Of a stretch of DNA of 64,000 nt, positions 37,137 through 51,889 are shown piece by piece; position 1 is the first letter of the stretch, and the number at the start of each line of letters is the position of its first letter. The notes beneath the pieces are model-generated. The model did no database searches. It saw only the letters and a program-made list of their open reading frames with translations, and was not told the origin of the DNA. Origin of the DNA: Isurus oxyrinchus (Eukaryota); the NCBI GenBank assembly GCA_026770705.1, contig JANJGN010000026.1, forward strand, positions 30,504,001 through 30,568,000, in the 5' to 3' direction. The position numbers and the translations under genes are program-made.

Positions 37137-38493
37137 GGCGCAAGCGATGCTTCAATTGAACCAGAGGAAATGACAGACCTGTTACAGAATCACTCCTTTA
37201 AATATTCGGTCTTCAGCATAGAGTATCAGAAAAAATGACCGAGGGAGTCATGGAAACCGAGGCACAGTGCAGATCTGCTGGCTTCCCCCTCCTGTCTTCT
37301 ACATGGTTGTGATTAAGGCACCAGAAGGCTTCTCACCTGCAGCAAAGAGGGATCAAATATAATGACTGCATAATTCTCAAAACTGCTCCCAGTAAAATTC
37401 CTGCATTATGTTTAAAAGCTAATTGTACTCAATTTCAAAAGAGCACCACATGGTTTGCATTACCTGTTGATTGGCATTCTTTTGTCTATCAGTCATGTTT
37501 GCAATTCGAGTTTCGGTGTATCTTTCAGAGAGTCTCAATTCAAATGAAGGCAGCAATAACAGATACAATATTAATATTAAATATAGAATAACGGAACAAA
37601 TGCGGAGTGAAGTTTGTTTAATTTTGTCTGCCAAGGATAAGACGGATATTCCTAATAATTGAGCAGAAAGCATTCCACCCGGAGACATTTGCTGGATGGA
37701 CACGCCTAGATTTTGAAGTTCAATTAAGCTGAGGCACCAGGCTGAAACGAACAGCTGTCTTCCTGCAACAAGTGACCCTCAGTCCAACCATTGGAAACCT
37801 CCAAACATTCTGGTAGCTCAGCATTGCCTGGGTGCTCCACAAATATTTATCCTCTGTTAGATTCCGGTCCAGGATCAAACTGATTTCAGACCAAATGAAG
37901 TAAATGAAGAGTTGAAGCATGCAATCTTGGCAGGGCCCTGCTAAACTCCGGAACAAACATTTTCCTCTGTAATATAGCACCCTCGATTGAATGGCTGAGG
38001 AGCAAAATGATAAGATTGTAAAAATAGTAAGGTTGAAAAATCACACTTTCGCAAGTTCGATATGAGCTCAATTGCATAATTACATCATGTTCATGTGGCG
38101 AAGTACATGAGGAACCCAAGTCCAAATCGTCATGTGAACCTTGTGAGTTAAGGTAACCCAGGCATGGATTCTGCAGAAACGACTTTTTCAAAAGGGAATT
38201 CAGCAATTTAATGAAAGGGAGGAAAAAACTGGTACACTAAGAGAGAGAAGCAATTTGCGATTAGTTAGTGTGCTCGTTTAACAAAGGGGCCTCGGATCGG
38301 ACGATAGAAGGGCCTCGTATGCCTTTGATTGGATGCACGGTGCTAGGCCATTTTATGATTACATTGTTCGACGAGTCTCGCTGCAGCGTTCCTGAGAATA
38401 GCAGCTGTATTTCATTTCTCCGCAACAGGGACTCAGATTGCTGCAGCGTTATAGCGCAGTTTAGCATTCCAGACAAAGCTTCGTGACGTGTCC

Positions 38494-38566
38494 GTTTCTG
38501 TAGTGTAGTGGCTATCACATTCGCCTAACACGCGAAAGGTCCCCGGTTCGAAACCGGGCAGAAACA
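38494..38566 (+). tRNA. tRNA-Val-AAC: tRNA-Val(AAC), type C
   Basis: Identical to 3373-3445. Confidence 0.93.
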
Positions 38567-38692
38567 TTATGAAAACTTAATCATTAAATATTTAAGATAA
38601 TTTTCATCTTTGAAGCTTACCTGAATTTCCAATGTTGCATGCAAATTACATTTGCTCTCACCGAGGTCATAAAGCGCATGCAGCCAATTCAG

Positions 38693-38943
38693 AATACCTG
38701 CAAAAACTCAGCAAGTCTGGCAGCATCTGCGGAGAGGAACACAGTTAATAAATAGAAAAGAGGTAAAAGGTATTTGAGTTTTATATTTCTCCTCTTTTCC
38801 AATTTTACTCAGTTCTGTTGAAGAGTCATACGGACTCGAAACGTTAACTGTCTTCGTCTCCGCAGATGCTGCAAGACCTGCTGAGTTTTCCAGGTATTAT
38901 TTTTGTTTTGGATTTCCAGCACCCGCAGTTTTTTGCTTTTATC
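38693..38943 (+). mobile_element. Fold-back hammerhead-bearing element (motif 38810-38850)
   Basis: Copy of 3572-3822. Confidence 0.75.
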
Positions 38944-40178
38944 TGCAGCAAAATCAGCACGTCTTTCGATGCAGCTTAAAACAGTTACTCACCATGTCAA
39001 AGGTATCTCATAGTAACGTGTGCTCATAAAGACAGACAAAGAGTGATCAGATCTAATTAACGCATCATTTTCAAGCCTATTCCCAGTGAAATTCTTGCAT
39101 TTTGTTTAAAAGCTAACTGCGCTCGATTTCAAATGAGCACCATATGATTTGCATACCTGTTGACTGACATTCTTTCGTCTATCAGTCATGTTTGCAATTC
39201 GGGGCTGGTGTATATTTCAGAGAGTTTCAATTCAGACGAAGGCATGAATAACAGATAAAATATGAATATTAAATATAGAATAACGGAACAAGTACTGAGT
39301 TTCTTTAATTTCGTCTTCCAAGGATGAGAAGGATGTTCCTGATGATTGAGCAGAAAGCATTGCACTCGGAGACATTTGCTGGACGGACACGTCTACATTT
39401 TGAAATTCAAAACAAGCTGAGGCACCAGGGTGAAACCAACAGTTGCTTCCCTGCAGCAAGTGACATGGACCCTCAGTCCAGCCATTGGAAACCTTCAAAC
39501 ACCCTGGTGGCTCAGCTCTGCCCAGTTTGTTCCACAAATATTTATCCTCTGTTAGATTCCGGTCCAGGATCAAAATTATTTCAAACCAAATGAAGTAAAG
39601 GAACAATTGAAGCACGTGAACTTGGCCGGGGCCTGTTAAACTTCGGAACAAAAATTTTGCTCTCGGTTGAAGGCGAATGGAGCAAAAGTAATAAGATTGT
39701 AAAAATAGTAAGGTTGAAAAAAATAACACTTTCGCAAATTCGATGTGAGATCAATTGCATAATTACATCATGTACATCTGGTAAAGTATATTAGGAACCC
39801 AAGTCCAAATCGTCATGTGAACCTTGTCAATTAAGGCAGAGCAAGCATGGATTCTGCAGAAATGACTTGTTCAAAAGAGAATTAAGTGATTTAATGAAAG
39901 GGAGAAGAAATAGCTCATTAATAGAGAGAAGCAAATTATGATGAATTCGTTTTCTCGTTTAAAAAGGGGCCTGAGATCGGATGTTGGAAGGGCCGCTTTT
40001 GTCATTGTTTGGATACGTGGGTGCTAGGCCATTTTATGAGTACATTGTTACATCGGTCTCGCTGCAGCGTTCCTGAGAACTGCAGCTGTATTCCATTTCT
40101 CCGCAATAGAGACCCAGATTGCTGCAGCGTTACAGCGCAGTTCAGCATTCCGGACAGGAGTCATGGGACCGCACGGCA

Positions 40179-40251
40179 GTTTCTGTAGTGTAGTGGTTAT
40201 CACGTTCGCCTCACACGCGAAAGGTCCCCGGTTCGAAACCGGGCAGAAACA
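40179..40251 (+). tRNA. tRNA-Val-CAC: tRNA-Val(CAC), type A
   Basis: Identical to 69-141. Confidence 0.97.
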
Positions 40252-41736
40252 TTATGCAAACTTCGTCATTAAATATGAGGCTAATTTGCGTCGTTGAAGC
40301 CTCCATGAATCTCCTATGGTGCAGGCGATATTGCATTTGCTCTCACCGAGGTCTCAAAATGAATGCAGCAAAATCAGCACCTGCTGAGATTCCACGACAC
40401 ACTTGAGTGGATAGATGTTCGTAGTTTACTGCGCTTACATATTAGCAGCTCGTTTAGTCAACACGATAAATCCATGGACTTTTCGATGCACTTACGAAAG
40501 TTATTCACCGTGTCAAAGGTTTCTCAGTGTAACGTGTGCTCTTAAAGACAGACAAAGAGGGATCAGATTTATTAATGCATCATTCCCAAGCCTATTTCCT
40601 GTAAAATTCTTTGATTTTGTTGAAATGCTGACTGTTGTGCTACATCTCACATCAGACCCATAGCAAATGCATTACCTGGTGACTTACATTCTTTTGTTTG
40701 ACAATCAAGTTTGCAATTCGATGTTGTCGTTTTCAGAGAGCATCAAGTCAACCAAGGGCATCACTGTCAAATACATTATTACTGAATGGTGGATAAGGTA
40801 AAACAAATTGCTGAGAAAAGTTTGTTGAATTTCTTCTGCCGAGGAGAAGTGTGTTCATAATGATTTACCCGGAAGTATTGCTGCCTAAGACATTTGCTGA
40901 ACCGAGCCTTCTGCATTTTGAAATTCAAACAAACAGCGGCACCAGGTGGAAACTAAGAATTGTCTTTCTGTAACAAGTGACATGACCTCTCAGTCTAACC
41001 ATTGCAATCCTCCAAACATTCTGGTAGATCAGCACTATCCTGTTTCCTAGAGAAATATATATTCTGTAAAATTACATTCCCAGAACAAAATTATATTTAA
41101 ACAACTGAACGAAACGACCTCTTACAGCATGTGATCCTGACAGGGCTCTGTTTAACTGTAGCAATCATTTTCCTCCGTGATATAACACCCTGGATTAATG
41201 AGTCATGGAGCAAATGTAATCAGATTGTGGAAATAATTCCGAAATAATGAGATGTTTGATCAGAAAAGTAAGCATTTGCGTCAATTCGATATGAAAACAA
41301 GAGATAAGTAAATAATGTTCATATGCATAGCTATGTATGGAACACAAGTCTAAACCTTCATGGCACTGGGCGAGGGAAACGTTGTTAATTCAGGCAAACT
41401 AGGCTTGGTATCTGCGCAAACTCCTTTTTCAAAAGGGAATGATGCAATTAGTTGCTATGCAGAAAAATAACAAGTTCACTAATAGAGACTAATAGTTCAC
41501 TGGGATTAATTCGTTGGCTCTTTAAAAAAACTGACAGAGAAAAGATGATGGAAGGGCCATTGCATGGATACATGGTGTTAAGCCATTTTATGATGACATT
41601 GTTATTGAGTCTGTCTGCAGCATTCCCAATTATAGCAGCTGAATTCCATTTGTCCCATCCAAAGAGCCAAAGCGCTGCTGCATGACATCACAGTTTACCA
41701 TTCCAGATAGATTGACTGCAGTCATGTCTGGCCAAT

Positions 41737-41809
41737 GTTTCTGTAGTGTAGCGGTTGTCACGTTTGCCTCACACGCGAAAAATCACCGGTTTGAAACCAG
41801 GCAGAAACC
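41737..41809 (+). pseudogene. tRNA-Val(CAC) pseudogene, type B
   Basis: As 1628-1700 plus T16C. Confidence 0.88.
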
Positions 41810-43481
41810 TAATCCAAGCCTGCCAATTTTGAGAGAGGAAAATTTGTGTATGTCATGTGTGTTGTTGAATGTTACCTCAATCTCACATGCTACAGAAATG
41901 GTGCTTTTGCTCTTACCTGGGCCTTGAAATGAATGCAGCAAAATGAGAAATACTGAAATTTCATGACATACTGAGTAGAAATAGATGTTCGTTTTTTGAC
42001 TCAGCGCGCATTTTAGCAGTTCGTCTGGCCAGCAACAGAATTTAGTGGGTTCTCGATGCAGATTTACATCGTTACCCACCATCTCAAAGAGATGTCTCAT
42101 GCTAAGGTGTGCACATAAGGACAGGCGCAAGCGATGCTTCAATTGAACCAGAGGAAATGACAGACCTGTTACAGAATCACTCCTTTAAATATTCGGTCTT
42201 CAGCATAGAGTATCAGAAAAAATGACCGAGGGAGTCATGGAAACCGAGGCACAGTGCAGATCTGCTGGCTTCCCCCTCCTGTCTTCTACATGGTTGTGAT
42301 TAAGGCACCAGAAGGCTTCTCACCTGCAGCAAAGAGGGATCAAATATAATGACTGCATAATTCTCAAAACTGCTCCCAGTAAAATTCCTGCATTATGTTT
42401 AAAAGCTAATTGTACTCAATTTCAAAAGAGCACCACATGGTTTGCATTACCTGTTGATTGGCATTCTTTTGTCTATCAGTCATGTTTGCAATTCGAGTTT
42501 CGGTGTATCTTTCAGAGAGTCTCAATTCAAATGAAGGCAGCAATAACAGATACAATATTAATATTAAATATAGAATAACGGAACAAATGCGGAGTGAAGT
42601 TTGTTTAATTTTGTCTGCCAAGGATAAGACGGATATTCCTAATAATTGAGCAGAAAGCATTCCACCCGGAGACATTTGCTGGATGGACACGCCTAGATTT
42701 TGAAGTTCAATTAAGCTGAGGCACCAGGCTGAAACGAACAGCTGTCTTCCTGCAACAAGTGACCCTCAGTCCAACCATTGGAAACCTCCAAACATTCTGG
42801 TAGCTCAGCATTGCCTGGTTTGCTCCACAAATATTTATCCTCTGTTAGATTCCGGTCCAGGATCAAACTGATTTCAAACCAAATGAAGTAAATGAAGAAT
42901 TGAAGCATGCAATCTTGGCAGGGCCCTGCTAAACTCCGGAACAAACATTTTCCTCTGTAATATAGCACCCTCGATTGAATGGCTGAGGAGCAAAATGATA
43001 AGATTGTAAAAATAGTAAGGTTGAAAAATCACACTTTCGCAAGTTCGATATGAGCTCAATTGCATAATTACATCATGTTCATCTGGCGAAGTACATGAGG
43101 AACCCAAGTCCAAATCGTCATGTGAACCTTGTGAGTTAAGGTAACCCAGGCATGGATTCTGCAGAAACGACTTTTTCAAAAGGGAATTCAGCAATTTAAT
43201 GAAAGGGAGGAAAAAACTGGTACACTAAGAGAGAGAAGCAATTTGCGATGAGTTAGTGTGCTCGTTTAACAAAGGGGCCTCGGATCGGACGATAGAAGGG
43301 CCTTGTATGCCTTTGATTGGATGCACGGTGCTAGGCCATTTTATGATTACATTGTTAGACGAGTCTCGCTGCAGCGTTCCTGAGAATAGCAGCTGTATTT
43401 CATTTCTCCGCAACAGGGACTCAGATTGCTGCAGCGTTATAGCGCAGTTTAGCATTCCAGACAATGCTTCGTGACGTGTCC

Positions 43482-43554
43482 GTTTCTGTAGTGTAGTGGC
43501 TATCACATTCGCGTAACACGCGAAAGGTCCCCCGTTCGAAACCGGGCAGAAACA
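43482..43554 (+). tRNA. tRNA-Val-AAC: tRNA-Val(AAC), C32G + G52C variant
   Basis: Same as 23320-23392. Confidence 0.75.
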
Positions 43555-43680
43555 TTATGAAAACTTAATGATTAAATATTTAAGATAATTTGCATCTTTG
43601 AAGCTTACCTGAATTTCCAATGTTGCATGCAAATTGCATTTGCTCTCACCGAGGTCATAAAGCGCATGCAGCCAATTCAG

Positions 43681-43931
43681 AATACCTGCAAAAACTCAGC
43701 AAGTCTGGCAGCATCTGCGGAGAGGAACACAGTTAATAAATAGAAAAGAGGTAAAAGGTATATGAGTTTTATATTTCTCCTCTTTTCCAATTTTACTCAG
43801 TTCTGTTGAAGAGTCATACGGACTCGAAACGTTAACTGTCTTCGTCTCCGCAGATGCTGCAAGACCTGCTGAGTTTTCCAGGTATTATTTTTGTTTTGGA
43901 TTTCCAGCACCCGCAGTTTTTTGCTTTTATC
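43681..43931 (+). mobile_element. Fold-back hammerhead-bearing element (motif 43798-43838)
   Basis: Copy of 3572-3822. Confidence 0.75.
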
Positions 43932-45166
43932 TGCAGCAAAATCAGCACGTCTTTCGATGCAGCTTAAAACAGTTACTCACCATGTCAAAGGTATCTCATA
44001 GTAACGTGTGCTCATAAAGACAGACAAAGAGTGATCAGATCTAATTAACGCATCATTTTCAAGCCTATTCCCAGTGAAATTCTTGCATTTTGTTTAAAAG
44101 CTAACTGCGCTCGATTTCAAATGAGCACCATATGATTTGCATACCTGTTGACTGACATTCTTTCGTCTATCAGTCATGTTTGCAATTCGGGGCTGGTGTA
44201 TATTTCAGAGAGTTTCAATTCAGACAAAGGCATGAATAACAGATAAAATATGAATATTAAATATAGAATAACGGAACAAGTACTGAGTTTCTTTAATTTC
44301 GTCTTCCAAGGATGAGAAGGATGTTCCTGATGATTGAGCAGAAAGCATTGCACTCGGAGACATTTGCTGGACGGACACGTCTACATTTTGAAATTCAAAA
44401 CAAGCTGAGGCACCAGGGTGAAACCAACAGTTGCTTCCCTGCAGCAAGTGACATGGACCCTCAGTCCAGCCATTGGAAACCTTCAAACACCCTGGTGGCT
44501 CAGCTCTGCCCAGTTTGTTCCACAAATATTTATCCTCTGTTAGATTCCGGTCCAGGATCAAAATTATTTCAAACCAAATGAAGTAAAGGAACAATTGAAG
44601 CACGTGAACTTGGCCGGGGCCTGTTAAACTTCGGAACAAAAATTTTGCTCTCGGTTGAAGGCGAATGGAGCAAAAGTAATAAGATTGTAAAAATAGTAAG
44701 GTTGAAAAAAATAACACTTTCGCAAATTCGATGTGAGATCAATTGCATAATTACATCATGTACATCTGGTAAAGTATATTAGGAACCCAAGTCCAAATCG
44801 TCATGTGAACCTTGTCAATTAAGGCAGAGCAAGCATGGATTCTGCAGAAATGACTTGTTCAAAAGAGAATTAAGTGATTTAATGAAAGGGAGAAGAAATA
44901 GCTCATTAATAGAGAGAAGCAAATTATGATGAATTCGTTTTCTCGTTTAAAAAGGGGCCTGAGATCGGATGTTGGAAGGGCCGCTTTTGTCATTGTTTGG
45001 ATACGTGGGTGCTAGGCCATTTTATGAGTACATTGTTACATCGGTCTCGCTGCAGCGTTCCTGAGAACTGCAGCTGTACTCCATTTCTCCGCAATAGAGA
45101 CCCAGATTGCTGCAGCGTTACAGCGCAGTTCAGCATTCCGGACAGGATTTATGGGACCGCACGGCA

Positions 45167-45239
45167 GTTTCTGTAGTGTAGTGGTTATCACGTTCGCCTC
45201 ACACGCGAAAGGTCCCCGGTTCGAAACCGGGCAGAAACA
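45167..45239 (+). tRNA. tRNA-Val-CAC: tRNA-Val(CAC), type A
   Basis: Identical to 69-141. Confidence 0.97.
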
Positions 45240-46725
45240 TTATGCAAACTTCGTCATTAAATATGAGGCTAATTTGCGTCGTTGAAGCCTCCATGAATCT
45301 CCTATGGTGCAGGCGATATTGCATTTGCTCTCACCGAGGTCTCAAAATGAATGCAGCAAAATCAGCACCTGCTGAGATTCCACGACACACTTGAGTGGAT
45401 AGATGTTCGTAGTTTACTGCGCTTACATATTAGCAGCTCGTTTAGTCAACACGATAAATCCATGGACTTTTCGATGCACTTACGAAAGTTATTCACCGTG
45501 TCAAAGGTTTCTCAGTGTAACGTGTGCTCTTAAAGACAGACAAAGAGGGATCAGATTTATTAATGCATCATTCCCAAGCCTATTTCCTGTAAAATTCTTT
45601 GATTTTGTTGAAATGCTGACTGTTGTGCTACATCTCACATCAGACCCATAGCAAATGCATTACCTGGTGACTTACATTCTTTTGTTTGACAATCAAGTTT
45701 GCAATTCGATGTTGTCGTTTTCAGAGAGCATCAAGTCAACCAAGGGCATCACTGTCAAATACATTATTACTGAATGGTGGATAAGGTAAAACAAATTGCT
45801 GAGAAAAGTTTGTTGAATTTCTTCTGCCGAGGAGAAGTGTGTTCATAATGATTTACCCGGAAGTATTGCTGCCTAAGACATTTGCTGAACCGAGCCTTCT
45901 GCATTTTGAAATTCAAACAAACAGCGGCACCAGGTGGAAACTAAGAATTGTCTTTCTGTAACAAGTGACATGACCTCTCAGTCTAACCATTGCAATCCTC
46001 CAAACATTCTGGTAGATCAGCACTATCCTGTTTCCTAGAGAAATATATATTCTGTAAAATTACATTCCCAGAACAAAATTATATTTAAACAACTGAACGA
46101 AACGACCTCTTACAGCATGTGATCCTGACAGGGCTCTGTTTAACTGTAGCAATCATTTTCCTCCGTGATATAACACCCTGGATTAATGAGTCATGGAGCA
46201 AATGTAATCAGATTGTGGAAATAATTCAGAAATAATGAGATGTTTGATCAGAAAAGTAAGCATTTGCGTCAATTCGATATGAAAACAAGAGATAAGTAAA
46301 TAATGTTCATATGCATAGCTATGTATGGAACACAAGTCTAAACCTTCATGGCACTGGGCGAGGGAAACGTTGTTAATTCAGGCAAACTAGGCTTGGTATC
46401 TGCGCAAACTCCTTTTTCAAAAGGGAATGATGCAATTAGTTGCTATGCAGAAAAATAACAAGTTCACTAATAGAGACTAATAGTTCACTGGGATTAATTC
46501 GTTGGCTCTTTAAAAAAAATTGACAGAGAAAAGATGATGGAAGGGCCATTGCATGGATACATGGTGTTAAGCCATTTCATGATGACATTGTTATTGAGTC
46601 TGTCTGCAGCATTCCCAATTATAGCAGCTGAATTCCATTTGTCCCATCCAAAGAGCCAAAGCGCTGCTGCATGACATCACAGTTTACCATTCCAGATAGA
46701 TTGACTGCAGTCATGTCTGGCCAAT

Positions 46726-46798
46726 GTTTCTGTAGTGTAGTGGTTGTCACGTTTGCCTCACACGCGAAAAATCACCGGTTTGAAACCAGGCAGAAACC
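46726..46798 (+). pseudogene. tRNA-Val(CAC) pseudogene, type B
   Basis: Same as 1628-1700. Confidence 0.88.
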
Positions 46799-47146
46799 TT
46801 ATCCAAGCCTGCCAATTTTGAGAGAGGAAAATTTGTGTATGTCATGTGTGTTGTTGAATGTTACCTCAATCTCACATGCTACAGAAATGGTGCTTTTGCT
46901 CTTACCTGGGCCTTGAAATGAATGCAGCAAAATGAGAAATACTGAAATTTCATGACATACTGAGTAGAAATAGATGTTCGTTTTTTGACTCAGCGCGCAT
47001 TTTAGCAGTTCGTCTGGCCAGCAACAGAATTTAGTGGGTTCTCGATGCAGATTTACATCGTTACCCACCATCTCAAAGAGATGTCTCATGCTAAGGTGTG
47101 CACCTTACCATTCCAGATAGATTGACTGCAGTCATGTCTGGCCAAT

Positions 47147-47217
47147 GTTTCTGTAGTGTAGTGGTTGTCACGTTTGCCTCACACGCGAAAAATCACCGGT
47201 TTGAAACCAGGCAGAAA
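47147..47217 (+). pseudogene. Extra duplicated tRNA-Val pseudogene B'
   Basis: Lies in insertion 47105-47217, same junctions. Confidence 0.88.
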
Positions 47218-48574
47218 GGCGCAAGCGATGCTTCAATTGAACCAGAGGAAATGACAGACCTGTTACAGAATCACTCCTTTAAATATTCGGTCTTCAGCAT
47301 AGAGTATCAGAAAAAATGACCGAGGGAGTCATGGAAACCGAGGCACAGTGCAGATCTGCTGGCTTCCCCCTCCTGTCTTCTACATGGTTGTGATTAAGGC
47401 ACCAGAAGGCTTCTCACCTGCAGCAAAGAGGGATCAAATATAATGACTGCATAATTCTCAAAACTGCTCCCAGTAAAATTCCTGCATTATGTTTAAAAGC
47501 TAATTGTACTCAATTTCAAAAGAGCACCACATGGTTTGCATTACCTGTTGATTGGCATTCTTTTGTCTATCAGTCATGTTTGCAATTCGAGTTTCGGTGT
47601 ATCTTTCAGAGAGTCTCAATTCAAATGAAGGCAGCAATAACAGATACAATATTAATATTAAATATAGAATAACGGAACAAATGCGGAGTGAAGTTTGTTT
47701 AATTTTGTCTGCCAAGGATAAGACGGATATTCCTAATAATTGAGCAGAAAGCATTCCACCCGGAGACATTTGCTGGATGGACACGCCTAGATTTTGAAGT
47801 TCAATTAAGCTGAGGCACCAGGCTGAAACGAACAGCTGTCTTCCTGCAACAAGTGACCCTCAGTCCAACCATTGGAAACCTCCAAACATTCTGGTAGCTC
47901 AGCATTGCCTGGGTGCTCCACAAATATTTATCCTCTGTTAGATTCCGGTCCAGGATCAAACTGATTTCAGACCAAATGAAGTAAATGAAGAGTTGAAGCA
48001 TGCAATCTTGGCAGGGCCCTGCTAAACTCCGGAACAAACATTTTCCTCTGTAATATAGCACCCTCGATTGAATGGCTGAGGAGCAAAATGATAAGATTGT
48101 AAAAATAGTAAGGTTGAAAAATCACACTTTCGCAAGTTCGATATGAGCTCAATTGCATAATTACATCATGTTCATGTGGCGAAGTACATGAGGAACCCAA
48201 GTCCAAATCGTCATGTGAACCTTGTGAGTTAAGGTAACCCAGGCATGGATTCTGCAGAAACGACTTTTTCAAAAGGGAATTCAGCAATTTAATGAAAGGG
48301 AGGAAAAAACTGGTACACTAAGAGAGAGAAGCAATTTGCGATTAGTTAGTGTGCTCGTTTAACAAAGGGGCCTCGGATCGGACGATAGAAGGGCCTCGTA
48401 TGCCTTTGATTGGATGCACGGTGCTAGGCCATTTTATGATTACATTGTTCGACGAGTCTCGCTGCAGCGTTCCTGAGAATAGCAGCTGTATTTCATTTCT
48501 CCGCAACAGGGACTCAGATTGCTGCAGCGTTATAGCGCAGTTTAGCATTCCAGACAAAGCTTCGTGACGTGTCC

Positions 48575-48647
48575 GTTTCTGTAGTGTAGTGGCTATCACA
48601 TTCGCCTAACACGCGAAAGGTCCCCGGTTCGAAACCGGGCAGAAACA
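48575..48647 (+). tRNA. tRNA-Val-AAC: tRNA-Val(AAC), type C
   Basis: Identical to 3373-3445. Confidence 0.93.
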
Positions 48648-48773
48648 TTATGAAAACTTAATCATTAAATATTTAAGATAATTTTCATCTTTGAAGCTTA
48701 CCTGAATTTCCAATGTTGCATGCAAATTACATTTGCTCTCACCGAGGTCATAAAGCGCATGCAGCCAATTCAG

Positions 48774-49023
48774 AATACCTGCAAAAACTCAGCAAGTCTG
48801 GCAGCATCTGCGGAGAGGAACACAGTTAATAAATAGAAAAGAGGTAAAAGGTATTTGAGTTTTATATTTCTCCTCTTTTCCAATTTTACTCAGTTCTGTT
48901 GAAGAGTCATACGGACTCGAAACGTTAACTGTCTTCGTCTCCGCAGATGCTGCAAGACCTGCTGAGTTTTCCAGGTATTATTTTTGTTTTGGATTTCCAG
49001 CACCCGCAGTTTTTGCTTTTATC
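48774..49023 (+). mobile_element. Fold-back hammerhead-bearing element (motif 48891-48931)
   Basis: Copy of 3572-3822 with a T run 1 nt shorter. Confidence 0.75.
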
Positions 49024-50258
49024 TGCAGCAAAATCAGCACGTCTTTCGATGCAGCTTAAAACAGTTACTCACCATGTCAAAGGTATCTCATAGTAACGTG
49101 TGCTCATAAAGACAGACAAAGAGTGATCAGATCTAATTAACGCATCATTTTCAAGCCTATTCCCAGTGAAATTCTTGCATTTTGTTTAAAAGCTAACTGC
49201 GCTCGATTTCAAATGAGCACCATATGATTTGCATACCTGTTGACTGACATTCTTTCGTCTATCAGTCATGTTTGCAATTCGGGGCTGGTGTATATTTCAG
49301 AGAGTTTCAATTCAGACGAAGGCATGAATAACAGATAAAATATGAATATTAAATATAGAATAACGGAACAAGTACTGAGTTTCTTTAATTTCGTCTTCCA
49401 AGGATGAGAAGGATGTTCCTGATGATTGAGCAGAAAGCATTGCACTCGGAGACATTTGCTGGACGGACACGTCTACATTTTGAAATTCAAAACAAGCTGA
49501 GGCACCAGGGTGAAACCAACAGTTGCTTCCCTGCAGCAAGTGACATGGACCCTCAGTCCAGCCATTGGAAACCTTCAAACACCCTGGTGGCTCAGCTCTG
49601 CCCAGTTTGTTCCACAAATATTTATCCTCTGTTAGATTCCGGTCCAGGATCAAAATTATTTCAAACCAAATGAAGTAAAGGAACAATTGAAGCACGTGAA
49701 CTTGGCCGGGGCCTGTTAAACTTCGGAACAAAAATTTTGCTCTCGGTTGAAGGCGAATGGAGCAAAAGTAATAAGATTGTAAAAATAGTAAGGTTGAAAA
49801 AAATAACACTTTCGCAAATTCGATGTGAGATCAATTGCATAATTACATCATGTACATCTGGTAAAGTATATTAGGAACCCAAGTCCAAATCGTCATGTGA
49901 ACCTTGTCAATTAAGGCAGAGCAAGCATGGATTCTGCAGAAATGACTTGTTCAAAAGAGAATTAAGTGATTTAATGAAAGGGAGAAGAAATAGCTCATTA
50001 ATAGAGAGAAGCAAATTATGATGAATTCGTTTTCTCGTTTAAAAAGGGGCCTGAGATCGGATGTTGGAAGGGCCGCTTTTGTCATTGTTTGGATACGTGG
50101 GTGCTAGGCCATTTTATGAGTACATTGTTACATCGGTCTCGCTGCAGCGTTCCTGAGAACTGCAGCTGTATTCCATTTCTCCGCAATAGAGACCCAGATT
50201 GCTGCAGCGTTACAGCGCAGTTCAGCATTCCGGACAGGAGTCATGGGACCGCACGGCA

Positions 50259-50331
50259 GTTTCTGTAGTGTAGTGGTTATCACGTTCGCCTCACACGCGA
50301 AAGGTCCCCGGTTCGAAACCGGGCAGAAACA
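50259..50331 (+). tRNA. tRNA-Val-CAC: tRNA-Val(CAC), type A
   Basis: Identical to 69-141. Confidence 0.97.
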
Positions 50332-51816
50332 TTATGCAAACTTCGTCATTAAATATGAGGCTAATTTGCGTCGTTGAAGCCTCCATGAATCTCCTATGGT
50401 GCAGGCGATATTGCATTTGCTCTCACCGAGGTCTCAAAATGAATGCAGCAAAATCAGCACCTGCTGAGATTCCACGACACACTTGAGTGGATAGATGTTC
50501 GTAGTTTACTGCGCTTACATATTAGCAGCTCGTTTAGTCAACACGATAAATCCATGGACTTTTCGATGCACTTACGAAAGTTATTCACCGTGTCAAAGGT
50601 TTCTCAGTGTAACGTGTGCTCTTAAAGACAGACAAAGAGGGATCAGATTTATTAATGCATCATTCCCAAGCCTATTTCCTGTAAAATTCTTTGATTTTGT
50701 TGAAATGCTGACTGTTGTGCTACATCTCACATCAGACCCATAGCAAATGCATTACCTGGTGACTTACATTCTTTTGTTTGACAATCAAGTTTGCAATTCG
50801 ATGTTGTCGTTTTCAGAGAGCATCAAGTCAACCAAGGGCATCACTGTCAAATACATTATTACTGAATGGTGGATAAGGTAAAACAAATTGCTGAGAAAAG
50901 TTTGTTGAATTTCTTCTGCCGAGGAGAAGTGTGTTCATAATGATTTACCCGGAAGTATTGCTGCCTAAGACATTTGCTGAACCGAGCCTTCTGCATTTTG
51001 AAATTCAAACAAACAGCGGCACCAGGTGGAAACTAAGAATTGTCTTTCTGTAACAAGTGACATGACCTCTCAGTCTAACCATTGCAATCCTCCAAACATT
51101 CTGGTAGATCAGCACTATCCTGTTTCCTAGAGAAATATATATTCTGTAAAATTACATTCCCAGAACAAAATTATATTTAAACAACTGAACGAAACGACCT
51201 CTTACAGCATGTGATCCTGACAGGGCTCTGTTTAACTGTAGCAATCATTTTCCTCCGTGATATAACACCCTGGATTAATGAGTCATGGAGCAAATGTAAT
51301 CAGATTGTGGAAATAATTCCGAAATAATGAGATGTTTGATCAGAAAAGTAAGCATTTGCGTCAATTCGATATGAAAACAAGAGATAAGTAAATAATGTTC
51401 ATATGCATAGCTATGTATGGAACACAAGTCTAAACCTTCATGGCACTGGGCGAGGGAAACGTTGTTAATTCAGGCAAACTAGGCTTGGTATCTGCGCAAA
51501 CTCCTTTTTCAAAAGGGAATGATGCAATTAGTTGCTATGCAGAAAAATAACAAGTTCACTAATAGAGACTAATAGTTCACTGGGATTAATTCGTTGGCTC
51601 TTTAAAAAAACTGACAGAGAAAAGATGATGGAAGGGCCATTGCATGGATACATGGTGTTAAGCCATTTTATGATGACATTGTTATTGAGTCTGTCTGCAG
51701 CATTCCCAATTATAGCAGCTGAATTCCATTTGTCCCATCCAAAGAGCCAAAGCGCTGCTGCATGACATCACAGTTTACCATTCCAGATAGATTGACTGCA
51801 GTCATGTCTGGCCAAT

Positions 51817-51889
51817 GTTTCTGTAGTGTAGCGGTTGTCACGTTTGCCTCACACGCGAAAAATCACCGGTTTGAAACCAGGCAGAAACC
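51817..51889 (+). pseudogene. tRNA-Val(CAC) pseudogene, type B
   Basis: As 1628-1700 plus T16C. Confidence 0.88.

Larger units (their letters stand above)
20017..50258 (+). repeat. Dimeric higher-order repeat (short + long unit, ~10.08 kb) x3
   Basis: Alternating 4988/5093-bp units with co-alternating SNPs; period 10081, 10081, 10080. Confidence 0.93.
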